Below are positions 25,628 through 37,474 of a DNA stretch of 37,474 bases, piece by piece. The DNA lies in the NCBI GenBank assembly GCA_013115125.1, contig JABANN010000339.1, positions 1 to 37,474 on the forward strand, in the 5' to 3' direction. The notes under the pieces are model-generated. The model was not told where the DNA came from and made no database searches. It saw nothing but the letters and a program-made list of their open reading frames with translations. Position 1 is the first letter of the stretch, and every line of letters begins with the position of its first letter. A program made the position numbers and the translations under genes. Source of the stretch: Perkinsus olseni (taxonomy: Eukaryota).

Positions 25628-28600
25628 CTACAGAACGCTTTGGCTGATTCCAGCAACGAACATAGTAAATAACGGACAGTAGTAATAACGTATTGTACTG
25701 GGCCCCTCACATGGTAGCGAATGCACCACGCTGATGGTCGAAGGAAATCCTCGTCTCCCGGGCATCTCGAACAGGAGCCTTCGACTCGAGGATGCTGCGG
25801 TACTCGAAGCGATAAGCCTATCGGAGACAGAGTTAACACTCCCGAGTGCCATCCACTTGACGCCTACCTTGTCTCCCTGTGTGCTGAGCTGTGCTTGATG
25901 CAAAGCCATGTTGTACTCGAGTAGTGACTCCTGCTGGGCCTTCGAGAATATGTCCCGATGCTGATACCTGTTGGGAGGGTGTCGGAGGTCCTGATTAAGA
26001 CAGGCAGGCACTTACACTTGTTTCATGGTCTCCTTAGCATCGCTGGACCTGCCTGGGCGGTGGCTGGCTCGTACCATAGCCCCAATCGATCGGACAAACT
26101 CCGCCCGTAGCCGACGTTCCAGGGTCCTACAGGAAAGCATGGATCTCGAGGGAAAGGCGAGCGCGTCCCCACTCTTCATTGGGCTGGGTCCATCCCCCTC
26201 TCGACGACGTTATCGCTAGGAGGTTGGGTTTCGGCTCCTTCTCGTCATCATCTTCATCCTCACTGGTCGCCTCCGACTTCAAGCCGTCAGGAATGTCATC
26301 CTCCTAGAACAACAATGAATCGAATCTTAGGTCGAACCAGTGCCGGAGACGGTAAAGGCGGCAATAAGACCCAATGGGCCGTGCCCGAAGACGTTGAAGA
26401 AGGTCGAACCAATGCTGATGATGGCTTCAACGACTACGGTCCGTAGCACTACCTCGAGGCCTTCGCCATCGACGTTCTCCTCTTCCTCCTCTCCATCAGT
26501 CGAGTTCTCGCCTGACGGGCTGGACAGCGGGTCCGAGTTAAGGTTGCGCCACTTGGTCTCCTTCGAGAGCATCTGCCAGCGCCCCAATTCAATGGTCCAT
26601 CAGCAGCAGCCGTCACCTTACCAGCTCAGTGAGGTCCTTGCATGCCTTAGTGAAGACGAAGTTGTCGCTCGAATAAAGACTGTTGCGTTTCTGCACCGTG
26701 AAGTCCCAGACGTCGAATATCGACAGAACTCCCTCCGGCGCCTCCAGAACCCCATCAGGGATGTTAGTAAAGCACCGCTGATTCAGAACGACCTGCGCAG
26801 GCACAATCACCGCCCGGTAGCTTAGACCCTCCTCACCCCCTTCACGATTTTCTGGGCGACCTCCCTGTTCTCCCTCAGCGTCTCGCTATTACAGTGATAG
26901 ATGTCGTGCTCATGAGGGGCGTCCCTCTCGTAGGTGAAGGTCTTCAGCATCCTGTGAAGGGCCATCGAAAACAGTCCACAGCCGCCAGAAACCTACGGCT
27001 TCGTGTAAGGGGCCGTCACCACTGCGTCGACACAGTGGAGGATCTCCCGTCGCTCGATCGTCGGCTCTCGCATGAATTTGTTGAACTTCTCCAAGAGCAG
27101 CTTGCACACCAGAAAGTACCTATCGCCATGGCCATCGGGTCACCAGCCCTTCACGGTCCTCCCTCTCACTTCTCGTGCTTGGCCATCCCTTCTCGCATCC
27201 TCGCGAACTGCGCCGGCCAGTCGACCTCGGACATCTCTAAAGAAACGTACAGTCACCACCGCGAGCCTCTCCCCACCCTACTGGTATGATGAGGCTCCTC
27301 CTGGGTCTCGCTGGACCCCACCGACTTAGCCGATTCATCCTTCCCCTTCTTCAACGGTGGTTCTCCTTCCCCCTTGTTCGAAGAACTGAGGCTCATCAGC
27401 ATCCCCATGCCAGGTCTGTGGGGGCCCACCTTGACGATGGCTCTTCCTTCTTCTTCACATCCCCAGTATGCACCGTACCATCGGCTACCACAGTATGCAT
27501 CAGATCGACCTGGGGAAAAATCATGAAAAAAGGCGGAGCGAAGCTAATCCTACCCGTCCGGCCGACGATGAACCCCCAACCTCGCTCTCCTCTCGGCGAC
27601 GCTTAGCGATCTCCTTGGACATATGGTTGAGCCTTCAACTCACAAGCGTCATCAAACGCGTCTGACCATGCCCACTTACATGCCATCGAGCTCCCGATCT
27701 CGCCGCGACCGGCCAATAAGTTGCTCATCACCGCCGTACAACTGAGGGCAGCACTCCCAACGACGAATGCTGTGCTAAGGCGACAGTACCTTCTTCTTCC
27801 TGTCGGCCTCGAGGATGGAGAACGCCTTGTAGACTCTGGCGAGATGGCGTTTATCCCCAGCAGCCTTGTACCTGGGAAAAAAGGAGGGCAGTCCATTCGA
27901 CCTAGAACGACTGCTTCTACCTGTGCTTCAAGCTCTTGGCTCGGTCAAGTATCTTCTCCCACTCAGCATCATAGGACCTGAGGTCACGACATTAGCGGTG
28001 CCAGAGGGAGGGAGACCGTACAGGTTGAGGGCCCGATAGGCGTCCTTCACTGGAGCTGTGAGCATGGATACGACGATAAGAGACTGAGGGACCTCTTTAG
28101 AACCACTCCCACCGTAGCGAACACGACAATCCATCAGAGACATCGGACAACACGTTAAGTTGCCATCATAACAGCCCTAGTTAAACACAGCCTTCGTGAC
28201 CACGCAAGAGAGCGCTGGTCCATCAGCCAAGGTTAATAGTGGCCCTCTTCCGCAGGACTTGTCGCAGGCGGCCCTGAAGTGTTTGGGGCCGGTAGAGCGC
28301 AGCCTCCACCACGACACCCACCATCCTCTGAGCCTCATCACGGTCGTCCTCATGCGTTTCTCGCAGATTGTCGAAGAATTTCTGATAGTCGGTGGACCGT
28401 CTGGGCCGGCGGCGATGTCCCACAGCCAACGGCGAGCACTACTTACCTGCCTGACTGAGGACGGCTAGACGAGGACACTAAAGCTCTGATGGAGATGATC
28501 TCCGGTCGGCGTGGGCTCGGTGAGGTCTGAGGGGGGGGGCACCGTCGAGTGAGCCTCTGATACCGCATGGAGTGGAAAGCTGAGGCTTCTATGCCACATG

Positions 28601-29264
28601 GCCGCAGAGGCAGTTCAGCGAAGATGATTCGCACTGAGGCCATGCAATGGGTGCCGAGCCACGGACTCGACTGATTTACGGTAGACGAGAACCCCAGGAA
28701 GAGCCATACCGTTTCTGATAACATAAAGGCCTAGAGTTCCTCCTAGTCCAGCCAGTAAATATAAGAATCCCCTCGTTAATCCGCGAGTCACAATGATCAC
28801 CACCCCAGATGCTCGGTATTACTCTAATCCCCGTTCTGCTATAATCCATCCCATCCTCATCCTCATCGTCATCCTCCTCCTTCGCCGTCAAAAGAGCGCT
28901 AAGCCCTTGCTTGTTGAGCGCCGTCATGATAGACGCCTGACAGAGGCCACTCAGAGCGAGCCAGGAGAAAGAGGATCCGCCCTACGGCTATGCCACTCTT
29001 GCGAGGGGGCGGAGGGCAGAGGCTCGGCCGAGGGAGTTTGGATGCACTATCGGGCTCTTTCCTGCAATAATACAGAACTGACTGCGCGGGAGCCCAGAGA
29101 CGAGGTGACGGTGTGGTTAATACTCGAGAAGCTGTCCCACTACAGTCACGCTCAACCTCTGGTCTGTATGGCAAAACTGAGACCCCGGATAGCGGTGATT
29201 GGTCCCCCTACTTCAATAGACGAGCCACGTCCCTCTCTATGTCGGCCCGGTATATGGTAGCCAT
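25628..29264 (-). CDS. Unidentified multi-exon protein(s)
   Basis: Protein-like minus-strand exons bounded by short introns (e.g. MSEVDWPAQFARMREGMAKHE, YFLVCKLLLEKFNKFMREP, WQMLSKETKWRNLN, acidic runs); no family recognised; boundaries approximate. Confidence 0.5.
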
Positions 29265-29369
29265 ATGGCACTGGATGGACAAACTGAAGACCGCCCACTT
29301 ACCCCAGGGAACTGCCAACACAACCCCTCAATAAGGACAGCAAAAATATTCCCACAGCATGCCTCGGCT

Positions 29370-30263
29370 TCAAGCCGACATAAACCGCATGAGGCGTCGT
29401 CGGTTGGGCGTAGGCCCGTTACCCTCACACGCCAGATAACAGCCGCCGTCCTTTAACTGCTCGACCCTGGTGATCCGATCTAACTTTTGGTCATAGAGCT
29501 CTCGAATAGCCCCTCCTGTGGGCTTCAAGATCTTCGACAACTCCGCGTAGATGGCCTTGAGGGTATACCGACCGAGGTTGGTTTTCAGGTAGTAGCGGGT
29601 ACCGTCGTCGTGGCCATCACCATTACGGAAGATCCACAGGCACCTGGCTGACTCGAAGCTGGCGGGTCGTTTCCACTGCAAAATAGGGTGCTTCCGTGTA
29701 GGGCTCACCGGCCGACCAGCGCGACCGTGAATGCCTCCCTGTGCAAGACCCAGGCCGTGACCAGTGGCGGGGTCGAATCTTTCCCTCGAGCGCACAGGGA
29801 AGAATCTGTGGTCAGTGAGTCGGTTAAAGATATCCTGCTGGCCGAAATACTGAGAATAATAAGGACTAGTACATCCCATGTCACGTGACAAAGAGTGCTC
29901 CAGGAGATGGCGATGCCGAGCCACTGGGTCTCCCCGATCAGCCCGACCGCCGCCAATGTGACCATCGAGAATGCAACCCTTATGACCCGGCCCGATATTC
30001 TCAACAACCTTCGCCGTCTCAGGGGTCCTCGGAGGGTGGTCGTGGACCCCACCACTGTCGATCGTCCTCACTGCGTCCCCCCCTGTGGCCACTTCTACCA
30101 CCTGCTTTTTGTGGACTGTAACTCCATCAGCATCACTCACAACGACATCTTCGTGCTCCCTATGTACTACCCGATCCGCCGTGTGACCACCGCCTCCTGT
30201 CGTAGTGGCCAAATTAGGAGTTTTGAAAGGGTTGGTATGAGGCCCACCTGGAGATGCTGACAT
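29370..30263 (-). CDS. Apicortin-like protein (partial p25alpha/TPPP domain + doublecortin domain), intronless
   Basis: DIFNRLTDHRFFPVRSRERFDPATGHGLG matches the partial p25alpha motif; RCLWIFRNGD...LKPTGGAIRELYDQKLDRITRVEQLKDGGCYLACEG is a DCX domain; disordered N-terminus. Confidence 0.85.
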   Translation of the reverse strand: MSASPGGPHTNPFKTPNLATTTGGGGHTADRVVHREHEDVVVSDADGVTVHKKQVVEVATGGDAVRTIDSGGVHDHPPRTPETAKVVENIGPGHKGCILDGHIGGGRADRGDPVARHRHLLEHSLSRDMGCTSPYYSQYFGQQDIFNRLTDHRFFPVRSRERFDPATGHGLGLAQGGIHGRAGRPVSPTRKHPILQWKRPASFESARCLWIFRNGDGHDDGTRYYLKTNLGRYTLKAIYAELSKILKPTGGAIRELYDQKLDRITRVEQLKDGGCYLACEGNGPTPNRRRLMRFMSA

Positions 30264-30605
30264 GCACGTTAAGTGGAAATAAGACTACCAACGGTGCAGC
30301 TGACTGTCTCTTTCCATCGCCCAACGACCAGAACCTTTTCCGCTACCAAAACAGCAAGTATATGATATTACTTTCCAAGGGGCGGTGGAGGTCACGCGAA
30401 GATGGTAAAGCAATGCCGAGTGGGTGCCTCTAGGCCTCGTTGGTGGAGTTTCATCGGGAGACGGGGTCCGGCAGCGAATCTTGGAGAATCTTGCACAACT
30501 TGGATTTCCTTAACGCTAACTCTTCGAGCGTCGCGTAATCACCACCACACTCGTTAGGAGTTTACTTTCTCCTTCCGACTCCTCCGTACCTTAAACGTCT
30601 TCTCA

Positions 30606-32522
30606 ATGGGCCTTGACGAGCACGATAACGAATTAATCTTTGAAACCAGGTAAAGGTCGATTTTATGCTACCGCCCCACCATCAACCGATTCGTAGCTTT
30701 TCATTGGTCACTTTTCAGTGAGGATGTGCAAGTACTGGACAGCTTTGATGCACTTGGCTTGAAGGAGGTGCGCCCCCAGGGACGGCTTTTCATTCAGCGT
30801 CCGCTCTGTTGCCCCTTGGTCTCCTCGGTCGTCGTATAGTAGTCTTGATGGTGCTATACAGATGGAGACAAGGGGACGCTTTCTTTATAGGTATTAGCCG
30901 GGAACGTCTCGCGGTATCTTAGGTCGATCCTTGCTCGCCCCAAGTCCTTCTTTTAGGACCTTCTCCGCGGTATCTACCAGTACGGCTTCGAGCGGCCTTC
31001 GGCAGTCCAGCAGCGTGCAATCCTGCCCATCGTCAAGGGAAGGGACGTGGTCGTACAGAGTCAGTCCGGTAAGTCGGCTCTCAGTGGAAGAAGCCATCAA
31101 CACCGCCCTTTCCCAAGGTACGGGTAAGACCTGCGTCTTCGCCTTGGGAGCCCTACAAACGGTGAAGCCTACGGAGAGGGACCCTCAAGTAGGTTCTAAC
31201 CAGGAGACCCTCCCTTCTTCCCACCCTCCCCTCTAGGTTCTCATCCTCTCCCCCACACGTGAATTGGCCGAGCAGAGCCAGAAGGTCTGCCTCGCCCTTG
31301 GGGACTACATGAACGTCCAAGTAGACTGGCCCGTCCAATCACAGCGCGAGATCGGCCCTATTAGGTCCATTGCTGTGTTGGTGGAAAGAAGCTAACTGAC
31401 GATATCCGGGCCCTGGAGGCCGGCGTACACATTGTCTCTGGCACCCCCGGTCGAGTGTACCATATGATATCCCAACGCCATCTGTCGACGAGGCATCTCA
31501 AGATGCTGGTCCTCGATGAGGCTGATGAGATGCTCGACAGGGGCTTCAAGGAACAGGTATAGCGCGGCGTAGTGCTGCAGCGAGGAGGGGAGGAATTTAG
31601 CCTAGGTCTATGATATCTACCGTTACCTGCCTCCGAGCACTCAGTGCGTACTGGTGTCGGCCACCATGCCCAACGAGATCCTGGAGATGACCAACAACTT
31701 CATGAACAACCCCTTCAGGTAGCAATACTATGCATGCGGGTTCACTTGCTGATGTTGTTGCGTCTAGGGTTCTCGTGAAGCGTGATGAGTTAACGCTAGA
31801 AGGCATCAAGCAGTTCTTCGTGGCTGTCGAGAAGGAACAGTGGAAGTTCGACACTCTTTGCGACCTGTATGATACTCTCACGATCACCCAGGCCGTCATC
31901 TTCTGCAACACCAAACAGAAGGTAAGGGGTATCTTAGGTCGACCCGTGTCATTGATACACTTCAGGTCGACTGGCTGACCAATAAGATGAGAGAGGCTAA
32001 GTTCACCGTTGTATCCATGCACGGCGACATGCCTCAGAAGGAGCGAGATGCCATCATGCAAAAGTTCAGGTTGGCTGTCCCTTTCGGTGCTCAGTAGTAC
32101 GTACTGCGAAGTCCTTCAGATCCGGCCAGGCCCGAGTGCTGATCACGACCGACATCTGGGGTCGTGGTCTCGATGTACAGCAAGTGTCTCTGGTCATTTG
32201 CTACGATTTGCCGAATAATCGTGAATTGTAACAAAAAGGCGGAGCGAAGCAGCTGCTGGTAGATCATACCCCTCGTTGTAGGTACATCCATCGTATTGGT
32301 CGTTCGGGTCGTTTCGGTCGTAAGGGCGTTGCCATAAACTTCGTGAAGGAGGACGACGTGAGGATCCTCAGGGATATTGAACAGTAATATCACAATACTT
32401 TCTCGTGCCGCTAATTGTCACTCGAGAGAAACGAGCAGCGTATCGATCTTGCCGCCGCTCGCTTCAGGTATTACTCCACCCAGATCGATGAGATGCCCAT
32501 GAACGTAGCCGACCTCATCTAA
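30606..32522 (+). CDS. EIF4A3: DEAD-box helicase eIF4A-III (exon junction complex core), many short exons
   Basis: [116 protein letters not shown]; the 'TTDxW' and 'KVDWLT' motifs favour the eIF4A3 paralog. Confidence 0.95.
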
Positions 32523-32724
32523 GGAGTACCGGTGATGGTGGTCTCTGGAAGGGTGTACGTCTCATTATCATCATCAGCAGTAGTAGTAGTAACATAAAGA
32601 AGGTATTATCGAGAGGACAGACAAACAATAGCCTACCCTTTCCATCTCGCCTCTTGCCTTGCGTTACAGTGGGCCAGCATGGAAGTAGACGATATTGTAG
32701 TTTTTTTGTTGGACCTTCCGCGCG

Positions 32725-32997
32725 ATGATTATCGAACTGTGTGTGGGGATCATCGTAGGCATTGCTGTTGGTACTTATCAAGGGGATAGTAAGCCATCAC
32801 TCAGCGCGACCTCCGCCAAGACCCCTCCCTTCAGAATTCAAGCCCTGCTTCGACCCCTGTATAGAAGGAACCAAGACCATGAAGGACAAGGTTGTTGGAA
32901 AATATCAACAGTAATACTATCATCATCGTCGGGGCTTCTTAGTTGTTGGCAGCAGTTTCCTCTTGTTCAGATTCCGGGACTCCAGGGCCACCCGTAA
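32725..32997 (+). CDS. Predicted 48-aa single-TM microprotein; exons 32725-32788, 32835-32890, 32971-32997
   Basis: Splicing GTAAGC..TTCAG and GTTGTT..TTCAG introns gives MIIELCVGIIVGIAVGTYQGDKFKPCFDPCIEGTKTMKDKIPGLQGHP* with consistent phases. Confidence 0.65.
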   Translation: MIIELCVGIIVGIAVGTYQGDSKPSLSATSAKTPPFRIQALLRPLYRRNQDHEGQGCWKISTVILSSSSGLLSCWQQFPLVQIPGLQGHP

Positions 32998-33132
32998 CTA
33001 GCTGCGTTAAGGGGTTGATGCGTGAGCCAGTTAGTTGATTCTCGTACCAATCTCGAAGATCCGTTTCTCCTCTTCGTCGTCTTGCGTCTATTATTACCGG
33101 TCTATCGGGGTACGGTTTGTGTAGTTAGTGTT

Positions 33133-35129
33133 ATGCCAGCAAAGCAACCATCCAGTGATCATCACGCCACGCAGCCGGAGACCCCAAAAGTCCGTCGGAG
33201 GCGCACCCGCGGGGAGGAAGTGCCGAGTACCGGACAGTCGGGGAAGGACTTGCTGTCTCAAACAGAACCTGATGATGATTCGGAGTGGGACAGCTCTCGA
33301 GGTGAATCTTGATGGTCATCTTAGTGACACACATTTTCGTCGCTTCAGAGAGGCCGATCCAGAAGCATGAGCTGCTCACGAGGGGAGAGCGAGACGAGAG
33401 GGCAGCGGCAGGGTCCAGTGGTGGACAGCAGGAGTTGTCAGCAGACAAGCCCATGGGTGATCAAGGGGGAGGGCCCATGAACGCTGGAAGCTTGTCACGG
33501 GTATTGTTTTCAGTCAGTAAAATGAAGAACCTGAGAGTCCGTACATTCTGGGCGGTGATTATGATCTCTGGATTCCTCCTCATCGTCGCCATGGGCCACT
33601 TCTACTGTTCACTACTGGTAGTGGGTTCGTCCCTCTGGGACTATCAGTCAGTGGTCTCCGTCAGGTGCTAGGTATCGCGGCGGGAATGTTCCAGGAGATT
33701 TGTATGCTTAAGCGCAATAAGGAGAAGGATCTCCAGCTGCCCCTGTTCTATTCCCTCCGATGGTATCTTTTCTTCGTCACTGTCTTCTACGGGTAAGCTC
33801 CCTCTGCCAGCTGCCGCTGGTCCTCAGTCGGTATACGCTCAGGTACAAGCGTTTCATGACGGACCGATTCGACCGTCTGGCGATGGTGTACCCTTCAATA
33901 CACTTCATTGTGAAGTACCATGGAGTTATCTCATACACCCTCCTAGTCATCGGCCTTGTAGCCTTCGTACTCAGTCTGCGGAAGTACGTCACGCCAGCTT
34001 CAACCTAAGATTCTCCTCCCACCTCCCTCACCAGATACACGCTGCGGTATCAGTTCGGACAGCTAGCCTGGACCATCGTTACACTCATCATAGTTGTGGT
34101 AAGCAGCATGGGGCCTCGTAGGCAAACTGACCCCCTTACCAGGTCCAAGGCATTGCCATGACAGCAAACATCTACAACGGGCTCATCTGGTTCTTCCTAC
34201 CCACCTCTCTGGTCATCGTCAACGACATCTTCGCCTACCTCTTCGGCTTCTTCTTCGGGCGTAGGACTCTACTGCGTTCAAGCCCCAGCACGGTGGCTCC
34301 TCTTCGTCAGATCACCCCCTTATCAAGCTGTCTCCGAAGAAGACCTGGGAAGGGTTCATTGGGGGCTCCGTCGCGACCATGATCTTCGCTATAAGTACGT
34401 CATTCTGCGTCAATCGGTCTTATCATTTTTCCTCACCTTCAGTTTGGTGTTCCTTCCTTCAAAAGTACGAGTACTTCACCTGTCGACAGGAGGAGATCGT
34501 CTTCAAGCCCTTCGTCTACCCTCATTGCACCCCGGATGAGATTTATACCGTCTATCGAACGTATCCTGATGAGAACACCCCCTAAAGAATGCACCTCCAC
34601 CGCTCCTGGCAGATACACCATCCCGCCGTTCGGAATGCAGCTGCAACTGACGGACATGCAAATCCACGCTCTGGTCGGTAGCCCCTCGTCCTCCTTCTTG
34701 ACCAATGCTTGCTTGAGCTTCAGGTTCTGGGTGTCTTCGCCTCGTTAGTGGCTCCCTTCGGTGGGTTCCTAGCTTCAGGTTTCAAGCGGGCGTTCAAGAT
34801 CAAGGACTTTGGAGATTCTATCCCGGGCCATGGTGGCCTTACTGACCGTTTCGATTGCCAAGTAAGGACCACTACGCTTCTGATTTTGGCAATCTCTTCA
34901 CAGGTTGTGATGGGGATGTTCACCTACGTCTACCTCTCCAACTTCGTCGTTGCGGATAGCGCTGCGGCCTTCACCAATCTCCTGGAGAAGGTCATGCAGC
35001 TGTCGGACACGGAACAATTGCAGTTGTAATACCAGGAGGGATGGGGACTGTTCGCGCAATAACACGTGGCCTCGCAGGTTCGAGCTTCTTGGGGATGGCC
35101 TGAAGTCCAGGGGAGTCGTCCAGGGCTAG
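33133..35129 (+). CDS. CDS: Phosphatidate cytidylyltransferase (CDP-diacylglycerol synthase), eukaryotic type, multi-exon
   Basis: [75 protein letters not shown] 35127-35129. Confidence 0.95.
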
Positions 35130-37474
35130 GAGAATGCTTCCTTCCGTGCGTCCCCATTTGTGCCCGGCTCATTGTTGTAGTCGAGTCGTTGTGTATTTGA
35201 AAGTCATCTGCACCATTGTGATGCACCCCTCTTCCACCGCCCCCACCCTTTCTGTCCTCCAAGACTTTCTACTCCTCCTGGTGGTGTTGGTCAATGACAA
35301 TATGAATGGTATCAGATTCGGGTAAAGTATGTATTTCCTAGAGCAACCACTGCAGCCACCGCCTGGGATCGCGATCGAGTATCCGGACAAGACATTGGTC
35401 TCGTCAAGTGCCATCACGACTGCAGCGACCGACCCCGTAAGCTTTGCTCTGCAGCCTGATACACGGATTGTCCCAGGGGCCATTCGCTAGCTGCGTCTTC
35501 CTCGGGCTGGGAGGCCACTCTGCTGGCAAGGGTGAAATTACTGGGGACCAGGGCTGGCCTCAGTGGCTGGAGAGGGTGAGAAAAAGTTGGTATCGGTTGA
35601 TTAAATATTCGACCAGGATCGCCCTAACGACTGTGGACGGCGGGCGGAGTCGCAGTCTACGGCAGCTGACGCAAGAGAGTTCCAATTCGGGCTGCCGGCT
35701 CCCAGTTCACAATTTCAAGCAGAAGATTTTATGAAAGGATCGGTCAATCGCAACGGTAGTCACCGCTGATGTGTTGCTCGGACCTCCCACACCCTGCCAG
35801 AGGAGCGCACTCGGAAGCCTTCATTCGATGAGTTCGAAGCCAGCAGGCTAACCGATAGACTGGCCTTCCTTATGGGCAGGCAGGGGCATCAAACCATCGT
35901 GAGTAGTCGATGACTGACTGGCCCGAGACAGCGGCTGTCCTCGCCTGTCCTCCGTCCTCGGCGCTGTCCGACAGCGCCTTGTAGAGAGACCCCGACTGCC
36001 CCTTCATCCTCCTCATCGTTGCCCAAGGCAATTGGCTACCGCTTTTTATCAAGCAAAATGAGCCCAACCACGGAACCATGTGAGACTGATGCGGACCAGG
36101 CCGTTGCCAATGACTGCTTCCCCTAGATACAGTCGCTTCGTCGAAGGTGAGACCAGAGGCCGGCCCTATCGGACCGGGGAAGCGGCCTAGCAGGTAAACT
36201 CGTCCGAGTGGATGATACCAATAGAGGCACTCCAGCGGAGAGTGAGGATGGCTGTACTACTATCCAACCTCACACTTCGGTCATCGGTAATGCCATTGCG
36301 TGTCCGATCAGTGCTATGGCGTAGGGCAGGTATCTGCGCTCGCCTCATTGGCCTCTCGCCTCGACTCATCAGGAGGAGGGCACAGTCGATCGAGATCGAC
36401 TGCAGGCTGCTCCAAATGGCGGGCGTTGGTCAGGGAGAGCATTCCGCTGTTGAGGGATTCGGTAGGATCCGGGAAAGCGGCGCATTGAGCGGCTTCACGG
36501 CGTTTAGACCAGGGTTGATCCTAAACCCTCATCGTAAATTTCGATATATCGGCTATTCGTTGTCTGTCTACAGCCCACCTAGAACCGCGCTTCAACGCTG
36601 ATTTGACGCGGAGGAACGCGAACTGCTGACGGACCGGGATCTGAGTGCATTCCGAGGGATCTGCACACGAAGTTCAGCGTTATATGGTCCACTCAAAATT
36701 GCTCTCTCAGCAACCATCATCGCCGAGATGATTGAGATGCTACGAAGAGCTCGACGATCGGCCACGGCAGCCGTACGGGAGGTGCAGGCATCAGCAGCAG
36801 CCTACACCCTCATCCGGCAGAACCTGTTCGGATCGGTGGGGATCAGCTACTAGTCTTTGCTGGCCCAGCGAGGCTTCTTTTAGGCTGCCGTTGTGCGGCT
36901 CAGATGGAAAGTTGATGAATGGCTCAAGTCAAGCCGCGGCATACGGAAAAGTCCGAACAGATGTCTGCTAGTGTCCCACAAGTACCCTCAGTTCGCCCGG
37001 AGTTCTTAACGGCGTTTACGCAATCTGCGTAATGCACCACTGGATCGCTGAGCTGCGATGTGGTTAGTAACCACTGGTTACCATTGAGCATGTTCAATTG
37101 AAGTATCGCTATGTTCAGTTTCAACTGTCTACGTCAGGATTCGAAAGATAGTTGAGTTCATAGTAGTAGTTTCGACTTACCGACGCTCACCAAAAGTCAT
37201 GATGGAATAAACACCAAGTGCGGGGAGAGCGGTGGCTAGGACAAGGTGGCAATTGACTAACGGAACAGGTCATCACAAATCGCTATGTGGAAAAGAAGAC
37301 GCTGCTAGGATTGCTACCTCGACTTGGACTGAGATGAAGATTCTCACCGAGCGCTGGAGCAAATAGCGGGGCTTACGCTAAACAACCCTCAGGTTGGGTG
37401 CCTGTTATGGGAGTCGTAGGAGCACTAACGATAGTAGGACCAGTCCGCGATTGACGAACACGATAGGCCGGAAA

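Noticed and set aside
36521-36529. CTAAACCCT telomere-like unit
   Set aside because: Single copy, expected by chance.
36918-36930. TGGCTCAAG resembling the 3' end of the perkinsid/dinoflagellate spliced leader
   Set aside because: Only 9 nt match; the 5' part of the leader is absent.
37361-37376. AATAGCGGGGCTTA resembling RNase MRP CR-V
   Set aside because: No GAAAGTCCCC CR-I upstream.
35130-37474. Short ORFs on both strands in the last 2.3 kb
   Set aside because: Could not assemble a consistent spliced gene or recognise a domain; left unannotated.

Overview
Gene-dense eukaryotic (alveolate) DNA with many very short introns (about 40-60 nt, mostly GT-AG). The intron style plus PNO, apicortin and an AP2-like gene point to a perkinsid such as Perkinsus (inference). 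By manual splicing, left to right: a 41-bp minisatellite; a large cytochrome-b5-like heme/steroid-binding protein (-); a CELF-type 3xRRM protein with an inserted WW domain (-); RPL22e (+) with an intronic C/D snoRNA, followed by five more C/D snoRNAs and a candidate H/ACA RNA; an unidentified multi-exon gene (-); adenylate kinase 7 with Dpy-30 motif (-); an intronless AP2-like protein (-); eIF1 (-); a full pyruvate:NADP+ oxidoreductase (PFO fused to a CPR-like diflavin reductase, +) with a mitochondrial-type presequence; an ankyrin protein (+); another unidentified gene (-); an intronless apicortin-like gene (-); eIF4A3 (+); a 3-exon 48-aa membrane microprotein (+); CDP-DAG synthase (+). The last ~2.3 kb is unresolved. 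Most notable: the snoRNA cluster (three related guides aimed at the peptidyl-transferase centre), a 14-bp motif TC(A/G)ACCTAAGAT(A/T)C found six times at introns in both orientations, an L22-type hairpin beside the RPL22 intron-2 donor, and PNO. All exon boundaries and rRNA pairings were read by eye, using rRNA sequence recalled from other eukaryotes.
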